Below are positions 62,076-64,000 of a stretch of 64,000 bases of DNA, piece after piece. How positions within the stretch are numbered: the first letter of the stretch is position 1; each line of letters opens with the position of its first letter. The DNA is taken from assembly GCA_012026655.1 (NCBI GenBank), contig JAAILG010001357.1:1-64000 (forward strand), given 5' to 3'. The position numbers were made by a program, and so were the translations under genes. The notes beneath the pieces are model-generated. The model had not been told where the DNA came from. It saw only the letters and a list, made by a program, of their open reading frames with translations, and ran no database searches. The DNA is from Hydrolagus affinis. Taxonomy: Eukaryota.

Positions 62076-64000
62076 ATATTACTACTACTACTAATAATAA
62101 TCCTTACACCCCCAAAAGAACACTCTTTCTGAGAAAAGCATCACCGTTTGCAATTTACTGCATAGTGTGGGCAATGTACTCCAAATAAGAAATCATGCAA
62201 AACAGATTCCATTCTTCCTTGAAGCTAAAAATCTATAAAATGAATTGTGGTTGAGACCTTTAGCAGCCACAGGCTTGCCACAACCTATTGAGCAGTCAGA
62301 CGATGAGTTATGCAATAAGCATTAGTGGAACAATTTCTGTACTTTATATGTGTGTCATTTATATATTTGCCCCTTTTACTGTGCCATTCATATTAACTTT
62401 CTTTCGCAATGACACACTGAACAGCTGTTGTTGTTAGTCTCTTCGGAGCGCCTTAACAGACTGGACAGATGTTAGAAGGGAAAATCCATTTCACAATGCC
62501 ATGCTGCCAGGATCCTATAATGACTTATCGCAAAATATTTGCAAAGAAATTGGGAGATTTTATTCATTCATTTTCCTGTAATGAAACTGTTCTATGTCTA
62601 TTGCTTTAAATTACATTTTGACATAAAGGTAGGAATGTGCATTTATCACTGAACACTTAATTTCCAACTGTGCAGAGATTGTCCACTGAGAACGTGTCAT
62701 AACAAGATTGTACTTATAGCAGCTATTCTTTCACAAACAGAGAGGATTAATTACCGCAGAGTGACTTGAGATGTGCCCCCTGTGCTTCTCAACACATAAA
62801 ATTAATTGTGAGTTGACAAAACTGTTTCAGACAGATCCTGTTTCCTGCTGATGGTAGCTTCATTAACATATTCAACGCAGTGAAAAAAAGTGATACCTCG
62901 TAGGCCTACTTTTCTTTTCCTTGGAGTTCAATTTGCAGAGAAATGAGTGGCAGACATCAAAATGCAATGAATACCTAAGGCAGGGTGCCAATATTCTCTA
63001 GATACTGGTGCTTGGGGTTTTTGTACTTTGAAAATTAAAGTCAAATAAGGTTCTTTGTGCACAATAAAGTGTTTAGAACACGCAGGATGTCCTCAGTGAG
63101 ATGAAACAGCATGTGATAAATGACTTTAAATAACAGTGAGAATTTACAGTTATCTATCTACAAAATGAGCTGCTGCAATATTATGTTCCAAGGCTACTTT
63201 TAGATTGCAATATGAGTGAATTTCTAATCAGGCAGTATGCATTTCTTTCCATTGTTAGCTGACTTGATGTTTAGTGACAATGACAGCTTTAATTGACCTG
63301 TAGACCTCTTTGGAACTATCCTTTTATAGAAAGAAATAGATTTAGACTCTGTATCATGAAGTGGTTCTGTTTCCCACAGGTAAGACATGCTTAACAGATT
63401 GAAGCTACCAAGCTCCTTATTTTGCATGTACTCCTGCATACTATCTGTAAATTTTCAGATTGAATTGGATAGTAGAAATCAAACTGTCTATTTAAAATAT
63501 AGTTTAATACAATCCAGCAAATAATACTCCTTGAACATGGCAGTAGACAGCAGTTACCTTTATAGAGATGTATATATTCATAATTGTATGCCTAGTTTTA
63601 CCATAGGCTTTTCTCCAAATCCTTTTAGTGCAGTTCTTTACACGCTCACATTGTACTTTAAAATAACAACAGTAATAATCTGGGTTTGCAAAGCAGCCAT
63701 GTTAGTAGTGTAATGGATCTTATTTTCCCTTAGGTTGATCTCTAATCAGGCCACAAGCAGTGTTATTACTGCTGCATTGTGCATCACAATCTTATTCTTG
63801 TTATACATAAGTGATCAAACTACATTCACCCATTTCTCCATGAATGCCAATTGGCAGAGTAGAGCACAGCATATGGTGTCAAGTTATCATCAACAGACTC
63901 CCTTCAACAAAACTGCGGCCATCTAACGTTTACCACCTACACTAATGCTTTAAACACTTAATCCCCAATTGCAAACACAGCAGGGGACACTGGCATTAAA

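Overview
AT-rich vertebrate genomic DNA with no recognisable host protein-coding exon, rRNA, intact tRNA gene or CRISPR array. It looks like a large intron or gene desert. The repeat complement points to a cartilaginous fish, probably a chimaera such as elephant shark (inference from recalled repeat families, not a database hit). The window is dominated by decayed mobile elements: (i) about 25 copies or fragments of a tRNA-derived SINE with a Deu-like body and an L2-type tail ending in (TTA)n; (ii) many 5'-truncated L2-clade LINEs ending in (TTG)n, the longest being 46510-48158 with the YADDTQLY RT motif; (iii) CR1 fragments and older Deu-domain SINEs; (iv) Penelope-like elements with GIY-YIG remnants, inverted termini and four decayed minimal hammerhead ribozyme motifs; (v) DNA-transposon derivatives, namely a hAT-type element with an 8-bp TSD spanning an assembly gap, a TA-flanked Tigger-type MITE and a Tigger foldback. 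The ORFs I could identify are retroelement or transposon remnants; the rest look like chance frames. I found no convincing novel protein-coding system. The best leads are structural: a long-range inverted repeat with a competing local hairpin (9990-11370), an unclassified ~0.8-kb ancient repeat with four copies, an L2/SINE mosaic family, the Penelope inversion structures and several enhancer-like unique blocks. Boundaries were read by eye and are approximate (about +/-10-20 bp) unless a TSD or TIR is quoted.
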